DNA of 48,622 bases from Candidatus Woesebacteria bacterium (GCA_963749595.1 CAVVNJ010000001.1:67376-115997), one strand, 5' to 3'; positions 1 to 9,893 are shown, counted from the first letter of the stretch. The notes: a model not told the origin generated them from the sequence alone. Numbers and translations are program-made.

Positions 1-1
1 G

Positions 2-478
2 GCAACCCGCGCCAAAGCACAGGCCTGGGCTTTTGAGCAAAACCTGCGCAAAAACAAAATTCTCACCAACCTCGTTTCCGAGCAAAGAATACTGGTCGAA
101 CGCTCAGTACTTGATGTGTTGGCCTACTCACGAGTCTTCGGCGGCCGGGTTGCAACCTGGACCGAAACCATGATCGCTCGGAATCAGTGGCAACCGGGAA
201 AACTAATCCTCCTGACCACCAAGTTGGAAACCTTGCAACAACGTTGGTTGCAAGAACGCGGCCTCAGCCCGACCGATTGGCAAAATCAGTGGCAACCGCT
301 AACCGCCGCCCTGATGCGCGAATACACGCGACTACAGGAAACATACGGTATTCCACGCCTGTCAACCGAAGATAATTTAAGCGTCACCCTGGCCGAATTA
401 AATGAAACCCTGAATCACGCGCCGCGTTTTACTCTGGAGGGCATGATATTCCGGCCCGGCGGCAAGGAAAGACGTTAA
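2..478 (+). CDS. 5'-partial P-loop nucleotide kinase-like protein (AAA_28 / dNMP-dNK kinase-like), C-terminal half
   Basis: Frame is open from base 2 (ATRAKAQAWAFEQ...). ILVERSVLDVLAYS resembles the DR/ER-S-x-x-D motif of nucleoside/nucleotide kinases. The Walker A motif would lie outside the window. Stop overlaps the next ATG (TAATG at 476-480). Confidence 0.4.
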   Translation, partial: ATRAKAQAWAFEQNLRKNKILTNLVSEQRILVERSVLDVLAYSRVFGGRVATWTETMIARNQWQPGKLILLTTKLETLQQRWLQERGLSPTDWQNQWQPLTAALMREYTRLQETYGIPRLSTEDNLSVTLAELNETLNHAPRFTLEGMIFRPGGKERR

Positions 479-2118
479 TGAAATCGCGAGAAAGCCATCC
501 GGTTCGTTTTGATTTTGTTTCTACTTTTTCGGACAAACACGGTGCGGCCATCGGTGAATCGCTGGGACCGGAAGCGGTGGCCGGACATCTACAGGCTGAA
601 TTTCAGGACGGGGTTCGGGTTAACCATTATGATCTCCAACTAGACTCCCTAAAAAAAATAGTGGCCCAGATAATAAAAGATCAGCCAGATATTATTGGTT
701 TATCCATTAAAATCGGCTCGCTAAACCAAACTGATGAATTACTGGCTGAGTTGGCGCGCGCTCCGTTTACTACCCGGCCGCTGATCGTCCTTGGTGGAGT
801 GGTGCCAACTTTTGCCACCAAAGAACTGCTTGAACGCTATCCCTCAGTTATTCTGGCTACCGGTGAGGGAGAGGTGGCCTCCCAAATGCTAGTGGAAGCG
901 GTGCGAGAGAACCGTTCACTAGAAGGTATTCCCGGCATCACTTACATTAATCCTGATGGAGAGATTATCAGCTCAGCCGCACAGCTTTGGCCACAGTCTA
1001 AGTTGCATTTGCCCGCTCGCCTCACCACCCAGCGCATTCACCAGGAACTACGTGGCATGATCTGGGCCGAAGACTCGCGAGGCTGTGATCATAACTGTAC
1101 TTTTTGTTCCCGGCGCTCGCTGCGCGGTTCCGGTTTCTCGGGCGATATGCCACCACAGCGGGTCGTCGATGATCTCGAGAACCTTAATCGACTTGGAATT
1201 TACCAGGTTAGTTTTTCCGGTGACGATTTCGGCGGTGACCCCGAACGAACTTTCCTGATTGCGGAAGAAATAATCCGTCGCGGCATAAAAATGGAATGGT
1301 CGGTATCTACCCGGGCCGATCACGTTTATGAACGGAAAAACACCCCGGAGCAAAATGTCCGCCTACGGGAAATAATGCAGCGTTGCGCCCAGGCGGGATT
1401 AGTACGAGTCTTTCTCGGCTTGGAATCCGGCTCACAATCCCAGCTGAAACGGTATGGCAAACAAATCACGGTTGAAGAAAACTATCGGGCCATCGAAATC
1501 TTACGCGAACTCAATATTGACGTAGTGGCCGGATACATTCCCATCGACTATCTCATGACGGTTACTGAGCTACGCGAAACATTGGAGTTCTTGGAAAATA
1601 CCGGCATGGGCTTGAAGGTTTCTAATCCACTGAGTATTCTCCGGGTTCAGGCCGGTAGCCCCTACGTAAAATTAATGAAAAATGCGGGTTTATTGGGAGA
1701 AAAAACCGAAGATTTGGTGTTTTACCACGCCCAGTTCAAAGATCCACGGATCGAGCTCATCGCCCAGTTAGCTGATCGTTGGGTGACCGATATTTATCCG
1801 TTTATTTTCGGTCTTAAGGGTGAAGTCGCCACCGCCACCCTCAACCGGTCTCGAATCGATGACCCTCTCAGCAGCGTGGAAACAACCTTGCAAGTTTTCC
1901 GCCGACTGGAACTAGAATTTCTGAAAAGCCTGGTCACAACTTTGGAAAAAATCGAAAAGATCGACCATTTTCAGATTGCCACCCTTGAAAGACACTTCGT
2001 CCAAAAACGATTGGCGCTACTGAATGAAGTTCGTCGGCGGCTGAAAAAACGGGCCTACGGTCCGGAAGCTTCGGCCCGGTTACTATCGGCCCTGGAAAAA
2101 ACAGTTTCTACCCGTTAG
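478..2118 (+). CDS. B12-binding domain radical SAM protein
   Basis: CxxxCxxC motif (GCDHNCTFC); N-terminal cobalamin-binding-like segment (PDIIGLSI...IVLGGVVPT...GEGE); radical SAM core motifs FSGDDF, GLESGS, QLKRYGK. Confidence 0.88.
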   Translation: MKSRESHPVRFDFVSTFSDKHGAAIGESLGPEAVAGHLQAEFQDGVRVNHYDLQLDSLKKIVAQIIKDQPDIIGLSIKIGSLNQTDELLAELARAPFTTRPLIVLGGVVPTFATKELLERYPSVILATGEGEVASQMLVEAVRENRSLEGIPGITYINPDGEIISSAAQLWPQSKLHLPARLTTQRIHQELRGMIWAEDSRGCDHNCTFCSRRSLRGSGFSGDMPPQRVVDDLENLNRLGIYQVSFSGDDFGGDPERTFLIAEEIIRRGIKMEWSVSTRADHVYERKNTPEQNVRLREIMQRCAQAGLVRVFLGLESGSQSQLKRYGKQITVEENYRAIEILRELNIDVVAGYIPIDYLMTVTELRETLEFLENTGMGLKVSNPLSILRVQAGSPYVKLMKNAGLLGEKTEDLVFYHAQFKDPRIELIAQLADRWVTDIYPFIFGLKGEVATATLNRSRIDDPLSSVETTLQVFRRLELEFLKSLVTTLEKIEKIDHFQIATLERHFVQKRLALLNEVRRRLKKRAYGPEASARLLSALEKTVSTR

Positions 2119-2647
2119 GGTGCAAATGAAGATATCCCGCCCAGATACAACCGCGGCTCGGCAGCTCGACAATCTTATCCTCCGCCATCAGTTGAAAAGC
2201 CTCGGCAAAAGTCATTTCGGATAATTCAATCACTTCGTCCGCTTCAAGCGCTTTTTCTCCTGGGGTAAGTCCTGTCGCCAGAAAAAAATAGTTAAGCCCT
2301 TCTTCATGGGGTCCATTATGATGCCGACTAGTTTGGACCCAACCGGTAGCCGTAAAGCCGGTTTCTTCAGCCAATTCACGCTGGGCGGCCACCAGCGGGG
2401 CTTCGCCCTCGTTAATCCGTCCCATTGGGACACCGTAAACTTCCCCATGAACATGCCGGTGCTCGCGCGTCAAAATAATTGTCCCTCGATCAGTCACCGG
2501 AAGAATCAATACTCCCTGCGGAGATTGGAGAATTTCTTTTTGTTCTTGGCGCCCGTCGTGATACTCAATTACCACTTGCGCGATCGTATGGAAGCCCTGG
2601 CGAATGATTTGCCGATCAATTTTTCGAATCAAGTTTGGCTGGTTCAT
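2108..2647 (-). CDS. NUDIX hydrolase (ADP-ribose pyrophosphatase-like)
   Basis: Nudix box GRINEGEAPLVAAQRELAEETG; C-terminal EALEADEVIEL. Confidence 0.9.
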   Translation of the reverse strand: MNQPNLIRKIDRQIIRQGFHTIAQVVIEYHDGRQEQKEILQSPQGVLILPVTDRGTIILTREHRHVHGEVYGVPMGRINEGEAPLVAAQRELAEETGFTATGWVQTSRHHNGPHEEGLNYFFLATGLTPGEKALEADEVIELSEMTFAEAFQLMAEDKIVELPSRGCIWAGYLHLHPNG

Positions 2648-2678
2648 AGTCGTATCCTACACCACCCCAATTTCGCGC

Positions 2679-2706
2679 TTCACATTTGACTAGTTGTGAG
2701 TATAAT
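2679..2706 (+). promoter_or_regulatory. Candidate sigma70 promoter of rpoD
   Basis: TTCACA (2679-2684), 16-nt spacer, TATAAT (2701-2706); GGAGA Shine-Dalgarno at 2746-2750 before ATG 2755. Confidence 0.55.
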
Positions 2707-2754
2707 TATACGGATCGTCGAATACAAAAATTACGCAATTATCCTGGAGATCTC

Positions 2755-3855
2755 ATGGCCCATCACAAATTAACCACTGTCGACGCTATTGCTGCCCTGG
2801 TCAAGCGTGCCCAGACCCAGGGCTTTATCGCTCAGGACGAAATTCTGGAGGCCATACCGGAACCGGAAAAACATATTCTGGAGCTGGACGAACTTTACGA
2901 TCGGCTGGCCCGCGAGGGGATTGACGTTTTTGAGAGCGTGTCCGCGCAACCGGCCAAATCACAAGACGAAATCGAGTTGACCGAGATGGAGCAAGAGCTG
3001 GAAATGCTCGCCTCTCTGGAAACCGCCAGCGTTTCTGATCCGGTCCGCATGTATCTCAAGGAGATCGGCCGTATTCCACTACTAACCCGGACCGAGGAAA
3101 TTGACTTGGCCCAGCGCAATGAAGTAGCCGAACAAGCGGCCAAGCAGCATTTGATTGACGCCAACCTCCGCTTGGTGGTCTCCATCGCTAAGAAGTACAT
3201 CGGCCGCGGCATGACCTTTCTGGACCTAATTCAGGAGGGCAATAAGGGCTTGATCCGCGCCGTGGAAAAATATAACTGGCGCAAAGGCTTCAAGTTTTCG
3301 ACGTATGCTACCTGGTGGATTCGCCAGGCGATTACCCGCGCGATTGCCGACCAGGCCCGGACGATTCGGATCCCGGTCCACATGGTCGAGACGATTAATA
3401 AACTCATGCGCGTCAGCCGCAAGCTGATGCAGGACTTGGGCCGCGAACCATTGGCTGAGGAAATAGCCGAAGTCATGGAGATTGAGCCGGAGAAGGTGCG
3501 GGAGATTCTGAAAATTTCCCAGAAAACCACCTCGCTGGAAACCCCGATCGGTGATGACGGCGATTCTTATCTGGGCGATTTTATTGCCGACGAAACGCAA
3601 GTCAGCCCCTATGACGCTACCGCCAACCGCATGCTGAAAGAGGACATTGAAAAGGTTCTCTCCACTTTGACCGACCGCGAAGCCAGAGTCGTCCGGATGC
3701 GCTTTGGCCTCAACTCCAGCCGCCCGATGACCTTGGAAGAAGTGGGCAAAAAGTTCGGTGTCACCCGCGAGCGCATTCGCCAAATTGAGGCCAAAGCGCT
3801 CCGCAAACTAAAGCACCCGTCCATGCGCAAAAAACTCCAAGATTTCCTCGAGTAA
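2755..3855 (+). CDS. rpoD: RNA polymerase primary sigma factor RpoD
   Basis: [70 protein letters not shown]...[17 protein letters not shown]. Start moved from 2686 to ATG 2755 because of the RBS. Confidence 0.97.
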   Translation: MAHHKLTTVDAIAALVKRAQTQGFIAQDEILEAIPEPEKHILELDELYDRLAREGIDVFESVSAQPAKSQDEIELTEMEQELEMLASLETASVSDPVRMYLKEIGRIPLLTRTEEIDLAQRNEVAEQAAKQHLIDANLRLVVSIAKKYIGRGMTFLDLIQEGNKGLIRAVEKYNWRKGFKFSTYATWWIRQAITRAIADQARTIRIPVHMVETINKLMRVSRKLMQDLGREPLAEEIAEVMEIEPEKVREILKISQKTTSLETPIGDDGDSYLGDFIADETQVSPYDATANRMLKEDIEKVLSTLTDREARVVRMRFGLNSSRPMTLEEVGKKFGVTRERIRQIEAKALRKLKHPSMRKKLQDFLE

Positions 3856-3918
3856 CACCGTTTACCTCGGCAAAAGTCACCCCTATTCTTTTTGTCCAAA
3901 CTGGGTTAAAGTAGGACA

Positions 3919-4389
3919 ATGGATAAGCCGCGCAAGTATTCCCGGGAAGAGATTCTCGCTTTTCTCAAACATACGCCCATCCTGTCGCTAGCCGCGTGCA
4001 ACGAGGGCAAGCCGGTTTCTTCGGTCGTTGCCTTCGCGATCGACGATGACTTTACCATCTATTTCGCCACGCACAGCGACAGCATTAAGGCCGTCGCCCT
4101 CCGCCAGAACCCGATCCTCAGCTATTCGGTTTGGAAAGAAGATCAGATGTTGGTCCAAGGGGGCGGAGAAGCTCGTGAACTACAAGGCCAAGAGTATGAC
4201 CAAGCGATGAATTCAATCCTCAAGACCATTGATCAATTGGAAAACTTTTGGCCGCCGATTCTCCGCATTACCGGCACCAACTACACCGCCTACGCCGTTA
4301 AACCAACCTGGCTCCGCGCCCTGGATCTATCCGATCCCTCTTATGACGGCACGGATACCCCATTCAGCGAAGTGACTTTTAATCAATAA
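3919..4389 (+). CDS. Pyridoxamine 5'-phosphate oxidase-like FMN-binding split-barrel protein
   Basis: LSLAAC..GKPVSSVVAF...IYFATHSDSIKAVALRQNP pattern. Confidence 0.75.
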   Translation: MDKPRKYSREEILAFLKHTPILSLAACNEGKPVSSVVAFAIDDDFTIYFATHSDSIKAVALRQNPILSYSVWKEDQMLVQGGGEARELQGQEYDQAMNSILKTIDQLENFWPPILRITGTNYTAYAVKPTWLRALDLSDPSYDGTDTPFSEVTFNQ

Positions 4390-4432
4390 GCTTTAATACA
4401 AAGATTTACCCCGCCGGTTTCCCGAACACTTC

Positions 4433-4462
4433 TTGACAGCTTAGTTAAGTCTATGAAATATT
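4433..4462 (+). promoter_or_regulatory. Candidate sigma70 promoter for the small membrane protein gene
   Basis: Perfect TTGACA at 4433-4438, 18-nt spacer, AATATT (4/6 match to -10), then 6 nt to ATG 4469. Confidence 0.35.
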
Positions 4463-4468
4463 AGCCCT

Positions 4469-4678
4469 ATGCCAGAAGAAACAACTCCCACCAGCCCTGT
4501 CCCCAACACTCCCCCCCAAGAAGCCACTCCCGAACCGGCAGTCCCAGCCGGACCGATGTTGGGGAAACCGGTGGTCATGGCCTCGTCCGGTCGGAAATCC
4601 TACCTGATGTGGGTCTTATTGGCTGGGATAGTGCTAACCTTGGCGGCAGTAGGCTTTTTAGTCTGGCAAAATCAATAA
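4469..4678 (+). CDS. Small Pro-rich single-pass membrane protein
   Basis: Pro/Thr/Glu-rich N-terminus followed by one hydrophobic helix (YLMWVLLAGIVLTLAAVGFLVW). Confidence 0.6.
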   Translation: MPEETTPTSPVPNTPPQEATPEPAVPAGPMLGKPVVMASSGRKSYLMWVLLAGIVLTLAAVGFLVWQNQ

Positions 4679-4714
4679 AGTGCATTAATGCCAGTAAACC
4701 GATTCTCCATCGAG

Positions 4715-4723
4715 TGATATAAT
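4715..4723 (+). promoter_or_regulatory. Extended -10 promoter of tRNA-Asn
   Basis: TG-A-TATAAT 11 nt upstream of the tRNA 5' end. Confidence 0.7.
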
Positions 4724-4734
4724 CGACGAGCCAA

Positions 4735-5041
<307 letters not shown>

Positions 5042-5044
<3 letters not shown>

Positions 5045-6049
5045 AGCGACTTGGGACTCTAGCTCACTGGTATCAACATAGGTTCCGCCGCCACAACTTT
5101 TGCAGAAATATAAAGAGTATTCTTTATCTGAGTTTTGGTGCTTCTCTCCCCAAAAACGCGAACCGCAATCGCTGCAAAATAGGAAACCGCGTAGAAGAAA
5201 GTTGTGCTTGCGACTGCGCGATCCACCTTGGTTGTGGGCCAAAATAACCCTCTGCACCTGTGCAAATAGATCTTGAGAAATTAGCGGTTTGTGTTTACCG
5301 GCATATTCAACACTTTTCCAACGAAAGCGACCGACGTAGAAAGGATTACCCAGCGTCCGCTCGATCAAGCTCTGATGTATCTTGCCACCAGTTGGGGATT
5401 TAATCCCTTTTTCATTAAGAAAATCTGCCAGATCTGCCATCGTGTAACGTCCAGAGGCATACATTTTGAATATCTCTCGTACTAGGCTGCCAATTTCCGG
5501 CTGAACGAAAATTATCCGTCGGTCCAGAGTAGAGAAGGGCTCAGGATTATCGCCATTACGATATCCTAGCGGGGGAGTTCCGCCGGGAAACCAGCCGATC
5601 TGAGCCTTTTGCTCCATAACTTTACTAGTTTTACGTCCGGTAATTTGCGATTGAAAAGCGTTGGTCGCTGCTAACAAAGTATCAACAAGATTTCCCTCTG
5701 GGCTATCGTCAATAATCGGCTGACTGACGGAAATTACTTGCGTACCATTTTTGCGCAGAATCGCTTTGATTTGCAGGTGATCGATCGTATTCCTAGCCAG
5801 GCGGTCGGTATCTTGAACCAGCACAGCGTCAATTTTCGGCTCTTTTGCCTGGACTTTGACCAATAGATCTTGTAAAGCGGGGCGGTTCATATTGGTAGCT
5901 GATTTGCCCTCATCGACAAAGGTTGAAACAATCTCAATACCATTATCCTGGGCGTACTTTTGGCAGATCCGCAATTGCGATTCGATACTCTGGCCTTCCT
6001 TGGCCTGTTCCTCCGTCGATACCCGCGCATAGATCAAGCCCGCCCTCAC
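5042..6049 (-). pseudogene. Large serine recombinase A, C-terminally truncated after the Zn ribbon (335 aa)
   Basis: IYARVSTEEQ catalytic Ser motif, DTDRLARN, recombinase domain (GNPFYVGRF), Zn ribbon CSDC...CKSC, then an abrupt stop. The TAG is the reverse complement of tRNA bases CTA 5042-5044. GGAGGT RBS before the GTG start. Confidence 0.85.
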
Positions 6050-6252
6050 TCTGCACCTCCTAGCCCGTGTCTGAGCGCGTCCAAGACTTGCTCGCGAGAA
6101 TATTGACGGTCCCCACGTGTACCAATAGGGGTAGCTTTGAATATACCGGCCCTATCCCAGCGTCGAAGGGTGGTCGTGGTAACCCCCAAAAGCCTCGCTA
6201 CTTGGCCAATACGCAACTTCTCTGGCATGATAGTTGTCTTTTTTCCTGGCAT
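6046..6252 (-). CDS. MerR-type / excisionase-like HTH DNA-binding protein
   Basis: LRIGQVARLLGVTTTTLRRWDRAG...GDRQYS; stop overlaps the recombinase GTG start (GTGA). Confidence 0.8.
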   Translation of the reverse strand: MPGKKTTIMPEKLRIGQVARLLGVTTTTLRRWDRAGIFKATPIGTRGDRQYSREQVLDALRHGLGGAE

Positions 6253-6296
6253 GATGTATAAGTTATACCACATGAGATGAAAATGGAAATAGCAAA

Positions 6297-7001
6297 ATGA
6301 AAATCAAATATTTTTCTGTACAAGCTGAGCCACGCAAGGGTCTACCGGATAAATTTACTTGGATCGAGGAAGAGGCTAGCGCTGTCGATGTTCATCCAGA
6401 AGCCCGCGCGTTTCTATTCGCCCTATCCAGGAATCAGGAATTTGAGAAGGATATTATCCAGTGGCGAGCAGAAGCGGGAATTCCAGAAAGTGGCTTTAAT
6501 TTTAATTCAGGGGACAGGTCAGGATGTAACTGGAGCACCATTGTTGCCGCCTCGAGATCCCTTGATGCGAAATATAGTTTCCTTCAATATCTATCATCTA
6601 GACATATCCTGCTATATAACGGGGTGCTGCTACCCGTCCAACCAATCGAACTCGAAGCTGATTACGACCATCAAACAGGCCTGATGGATGGCACAGAAAA
6701 AGGGGAAGTTCGGATCATCATTAGGTCACAAATAACGAAGCATGCCCTAGTAACATTTATTGAGAAAAACTGGGAAGTCATAGAAAAAAAACTTGCAATT
6801 GCTTCGCGATTAGACCGATCTACTGTCACAGATAGGGATATGCAAATCGTCACTTTAAGGGAAGATAGCGATCTAACTTTTAATCAAATTCGGAAACAGC
6901 TTGCTGATTCAGGCGAAGTTTCTTCAGCAATGACAGAGGACGCAATCAAACAGGCCTACTACCGTACAAAAGAAAAGATTACGCAAATAAATCAAGCGTA
7001 A
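6297..7001 (+). CDS. Hypothetical protein with a probable C-terminal HTH
   Basis: 234-aa ORF ending in RDMQIVTLRE..LTFNQIRKQL...TEDAIKQAYYR, resembling a sigma region 4-like HTH. Confidence 0.55.
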   Translation: MKIKYFSVQAEPRKGLPDKFTWIEEEASAVDVHPEARAFLFALSRNQEFEKDIIQWRAEAGIPESGFNFNSGDRSGCNWSTIVAASRSLDAKYSFLQYLSSRHILLYNGVLLPVQPIELEADYDHQTGLMDGTEKGEVRIIIRSQITKHALVTFIEKNWEVIEKKLAIASRLDRSTVTDRDMQIVTLREDSDLTFNQIRKQLADSGEVSSAMTEDAIKQAYYRTKEKITQINQA

Positions 7002-7109
7002 CAATCCGATAGGGCATCACCCGTAACCCCATCCCCTTCTCACTTACAAGTTATCCACTTCATCGTTAAATCAGGCTAAAAACTGTCATACGTATTTTGT
7101 CAATTAATC

Positions 7110-7568
7110 ATGAATTCTATTTCTGAAGAGTCAGTAAAGAATTATAGAAAGTTTTTGGATCCTCAAAGTAATGTTGGACGAAATTTCCATTTCGAAATAT
7201 TAGTATTAGAAATTTTTCTTACCACACGTGCGTTTGAGATAGCCATAACTGATAACCGAGATGAACTATTAGACAAGATACACAGCATTATCTATCATCA
7301 GGCATGTAAAACTCCCGAAGAAATCGACACTTTTATCGAATTACTTAATGAAAGATATATACAATACCGAGAAACTCTTGACAAGGCATTTGAGGTGTCC
7401 GATCGAGAGGGTTTTGCTCTGTTATCCCTTGGAAATAGATTCGCCGGAAATATTGTCGGAGAGGATAAAGCACGCGGTGGATTATCCAGCTTTGTCGCTG
7501 CTAGATCCGGCCAACACCTTAAACTTTATCTTGATCTTCTTAATAGGAAAGACCAGATTCCAGGGTAA
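7110..7568 (+). CDS. Hypothetical protein
   Basis: 152-aa ORF filling the gap between neighbours; no motif recognised. Confidence 0.55.
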   Translation: MNSISEESVKNYRKFLDPQSNVGRNFHFEILVLEIFLTTRAFEIAITDNRDELLDKIHSIIYHQACKTPEEIDTFIELLNERYIQYRETLDKAFEVSDREGFALLSLGNRFAGNIVGEDKARGGLSSFVAARSGQHLKLYLDLLNRKDQIPG

Positions 7569-7619
7569 ACGCGCTACTCATGAAGTAGTCCGTCAGCCAT
7601 TGTATAATTCGAGTACTAA

Positions 7620-7635
7620 CCTCCCGGGGGAGCCA
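7620..7635 (+). other. Displaced tRNA-Asn 3' end (att junction)
   Basis: CCTCCCGGGGGAGCCA: CGGGGGA pairs with the tRNA 5' strand TCCCCTG (one G.U), followed by discriminator G and CCA. Differs from the expected T-stem at position 64 (C instead of A). Confidence 0.85.
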
Positions 7636-7639
7636 GATG

Positions 7640-7667
7640 GGACGCAGAGGCAACAAAGCGTCCTTTT
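7640..7667 (+). terminator. Candidate intrinsic terminator right after the tRNA 3' fragment
   Basis: GGACGC (7640-7645) / GCGTCC (7658-7663) stem followed by TTTT. Confidence 0.5.
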
Positions 7668-9361
7668 GTGTTGAACTGTCGGGCTTTTTTGTAAGTTCGA
7701 ATTTTCCATTTTCTAAGTCATCGATTTTTTCCACTTTCGGACCATTTGTTTCTGTTACTGCCTCGGAGAGGATTTTAAAGGTCTTTGAGTAGGTGTAGCT
7801 GAGCTTTCCCTCGTCTACTGTTAATGACCCGAAGACAAACCTTATAAGTGCTCGTTGTTCGTCCACCATGTCCTTGGCTTTGGCGGCTAGATAAATTTCT
7901 TTGGCTCTCTGGGAGAGTTCATAAATGCTGACACCAAGATTCAAGAAGCCGGTGCTGGCGTTGGAGTGTTTCTTGATTGACTCGGTTACTTCATCTTTTT
8001 CGTCTGAATACTGCTTAAATTTTCGGCTATAAAACTCTGGAGTGATCTTTTCATCGAGCTTATCATCGTACAATTTGTCCATTCGCTTCTGAATCGCCTC
8101 GTAGCGGGTGTGAAGCTCGCCGACAGTGTCGTTGTGGTATTGAAGTTCGTCCTGGTGGCTTTCCTTGAGTGCCTTCTTGAGCCAGTCGGTAATCCGGCTG
8201 TTTTTGATTCTCAGGTTCTCAAAACCGCTGATTAGTTGGTCCTCCACCTCGTCTTCTTTGACCCAGGTTGTCTGGGGACATTCGTGATAATGGTTACAGT
8301 GGCCGTAAATGTATTGGGCTTTGGCAATTTCGAAAGTAATTGAATTGTGGCAACTGGCGCATTTAATCAGACCTCTGAAAGAGGAAGTTGTGCTTACGGT
8401 ACTTGGGAGTGGTCCTACTGGTGAGCATATTCTGGATTTTATTGAATAGTTCAACGCTGATGAGCGGTTCTTGTTTGCCGTCGCAGACTTCTTTGTTCCA
8501 CCTAATTTTACCGATATAAAAGGGATCGCGCAGCAGGGAATGGATCCGACTGTGTGGCAGTCTGTGTCCTAGTTGGGATCTCATGCCTTCATCGTACATT
8601 TTCTTGACCAGCCTCTTGGTTGAATAATTGCCAGTGGCATAGAGTTCAAACATTTTCCTCACTAACGGGGCGGTGTCCTCATTGACGACGTGGATTTTGT
8701 GGCCGGTTTCGCCAATCGTTTTATAGCCATTGGGTGGTTTGGTAGGGATCCAGCCTTGGGCGATCTTCTCTTTCTGGCCTTTCTTGACGTTCTCGGATAA
8801 AAGTCGGACGTAATACTCGGCTGTGGCTACTTTCACCCGCCACATAAACCATTCGTGGGAGCGAGAGGTGTTGTGGAGGATACAGCCTTCCTTGGCCAGG
8901 TGGACCTGATGGGCTTCGTTCTCGGTAATCCAAAGGTCAATCATGGGGACATCGGCGAAGTTGCGGGTTAGGCGGTCCGTGGTTTCGACAATAATGGTGG
9001 GGATATCGTGCTTGCGGACGTAGGCTACCATCTCAATAAAGACTTTTCTCTGGGTTTTACCGGCGGCTGATTCGGAAATGGCAAAGACCTTGGCTACTTC
9101 CAGTCCTTGTTTCTCGGCATAATCGCGGAGGAACTTCTCTTGGGCTGGTAATGAATAGCCGGTGTCTTCTTGTTCTTTACTGCTTACTCGGCAGAAAATG
9201 GCAGTTTTCATAGGTTTTGATCTGGCAACACAACATAAAGGAATAACCCAGGAACATCAAGCCATTTGTCCTGTACTCGTTTGTTGTGGACTATAAGCGA
9301 GTGGGCAATAAATGAGAGGGGTTGGATGACTAGGCTCATTTCAAGGTAAAAAGGTCCCAAA

Positions 9362-9893
9362 TCCACACAAGTTTCACCCAAGAGTTGCCCAACCTTATAG
9401 CCTTCAAACTGACGAAACCTTAACGAAGTGTTGACGCAATTTTCTGTACCGATTTCATCCGTGATTTTGTCCTGATGTTATTCAGGCTAAAACCCTCATT
9501 TTCTGGGTAATCATTGGGTAACTGTTGGGAAACCTTTTTAAGGCTAAATCGCTTGAATTCTGGTGTAGGGTTGGTGTAGCTCCGGTGTAGCCTTTGCTGG
9601 TCGATTTCTGGAGAAGTATTGGAGAAGAGTTGGAGAAGTCTTTGGACGGAATTCTGGCATATCTTTGGCATACCCTTGGCATATACTGTTCTGCCAAGTT
9701 TTGCCACTTTTGCCAAGTCTACCCTGCCAAAATCCATCCAACTTTCATCCAAGTTCTGTCCAACCTTATTAGCCTTAAATGCTGACCAACTTCTGACCAA
9801 GTATTGACCAATTCCCATCCACACTTCATCCACCTTTTGTCCCACCCTTATAAGGCTTTTTCCTAGCCAAGTTTTAGCCAATTTCCGGCCAAC
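9362..9893. repeat. Array of about ten short triplet repeats with 11-bp period (TGG/CCA cores) in two orientations
   Basis: Examples: TGGTGTAG-type at 9561/9572/9583; TGGAGAAG 9609/9620/9631; TGGCATA 9655/9666/9677; TGACCAA 9783/9794/9805; GCCAA 9866/9877/9888. Confidence 0.85.

Larger units (their letters stand above)
5045..7623. mobile_element. Integrative element A (serine recombinase, MerR-type HTH, two hypothetical genes) lying between the two parts of tRNA-Asn
   Basis: Bounded on the left by tRNA position 64 and on the right by the tRNA 3' fragment; carries a recombinase and an HTH gene. Confidence 0.75.
7540..9211 (-). pseudogene. Large serine recombinase B, split by a +1 frameshift at about 8377-8380
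   Basis: N part (8363-9211): FCRVSSKEQ, ETTDRLTRN, recombinase domain. C part (7540-8454): FRGLIKCASC...HCNH..C Zn ribbon, coiled coil, WLPR tail. Removing one base from CTC TTT CAG AGG restores KHNFLFRGLIKC, matching KHNFLLRGFLFC in recombinase A. Confidence 0.88.

Noticed and set aside
3226-3783. 185-aa and other minus-strand ORFs over rpoD
   Set aside because: Antisense shadow ORFs of a strongly conserved gene.
5045-5060. Downstream TTGGGA as an alternative tRNA acceptor strand
   Set aside because: Only 4-5 of 7 pairs form, the register is 4 nt too long, and there is no CCA.
7053-7061. DnaA box-like TTATCCACT as an origin
   Set aside because: A single 8/9 match with no cluster noticed.
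9362-9893. CRISPR array
   Set aside because: Cores are 4-8 bp and differ between units; there are no 23-50 bp repeats with unique spacers and no cas genes.
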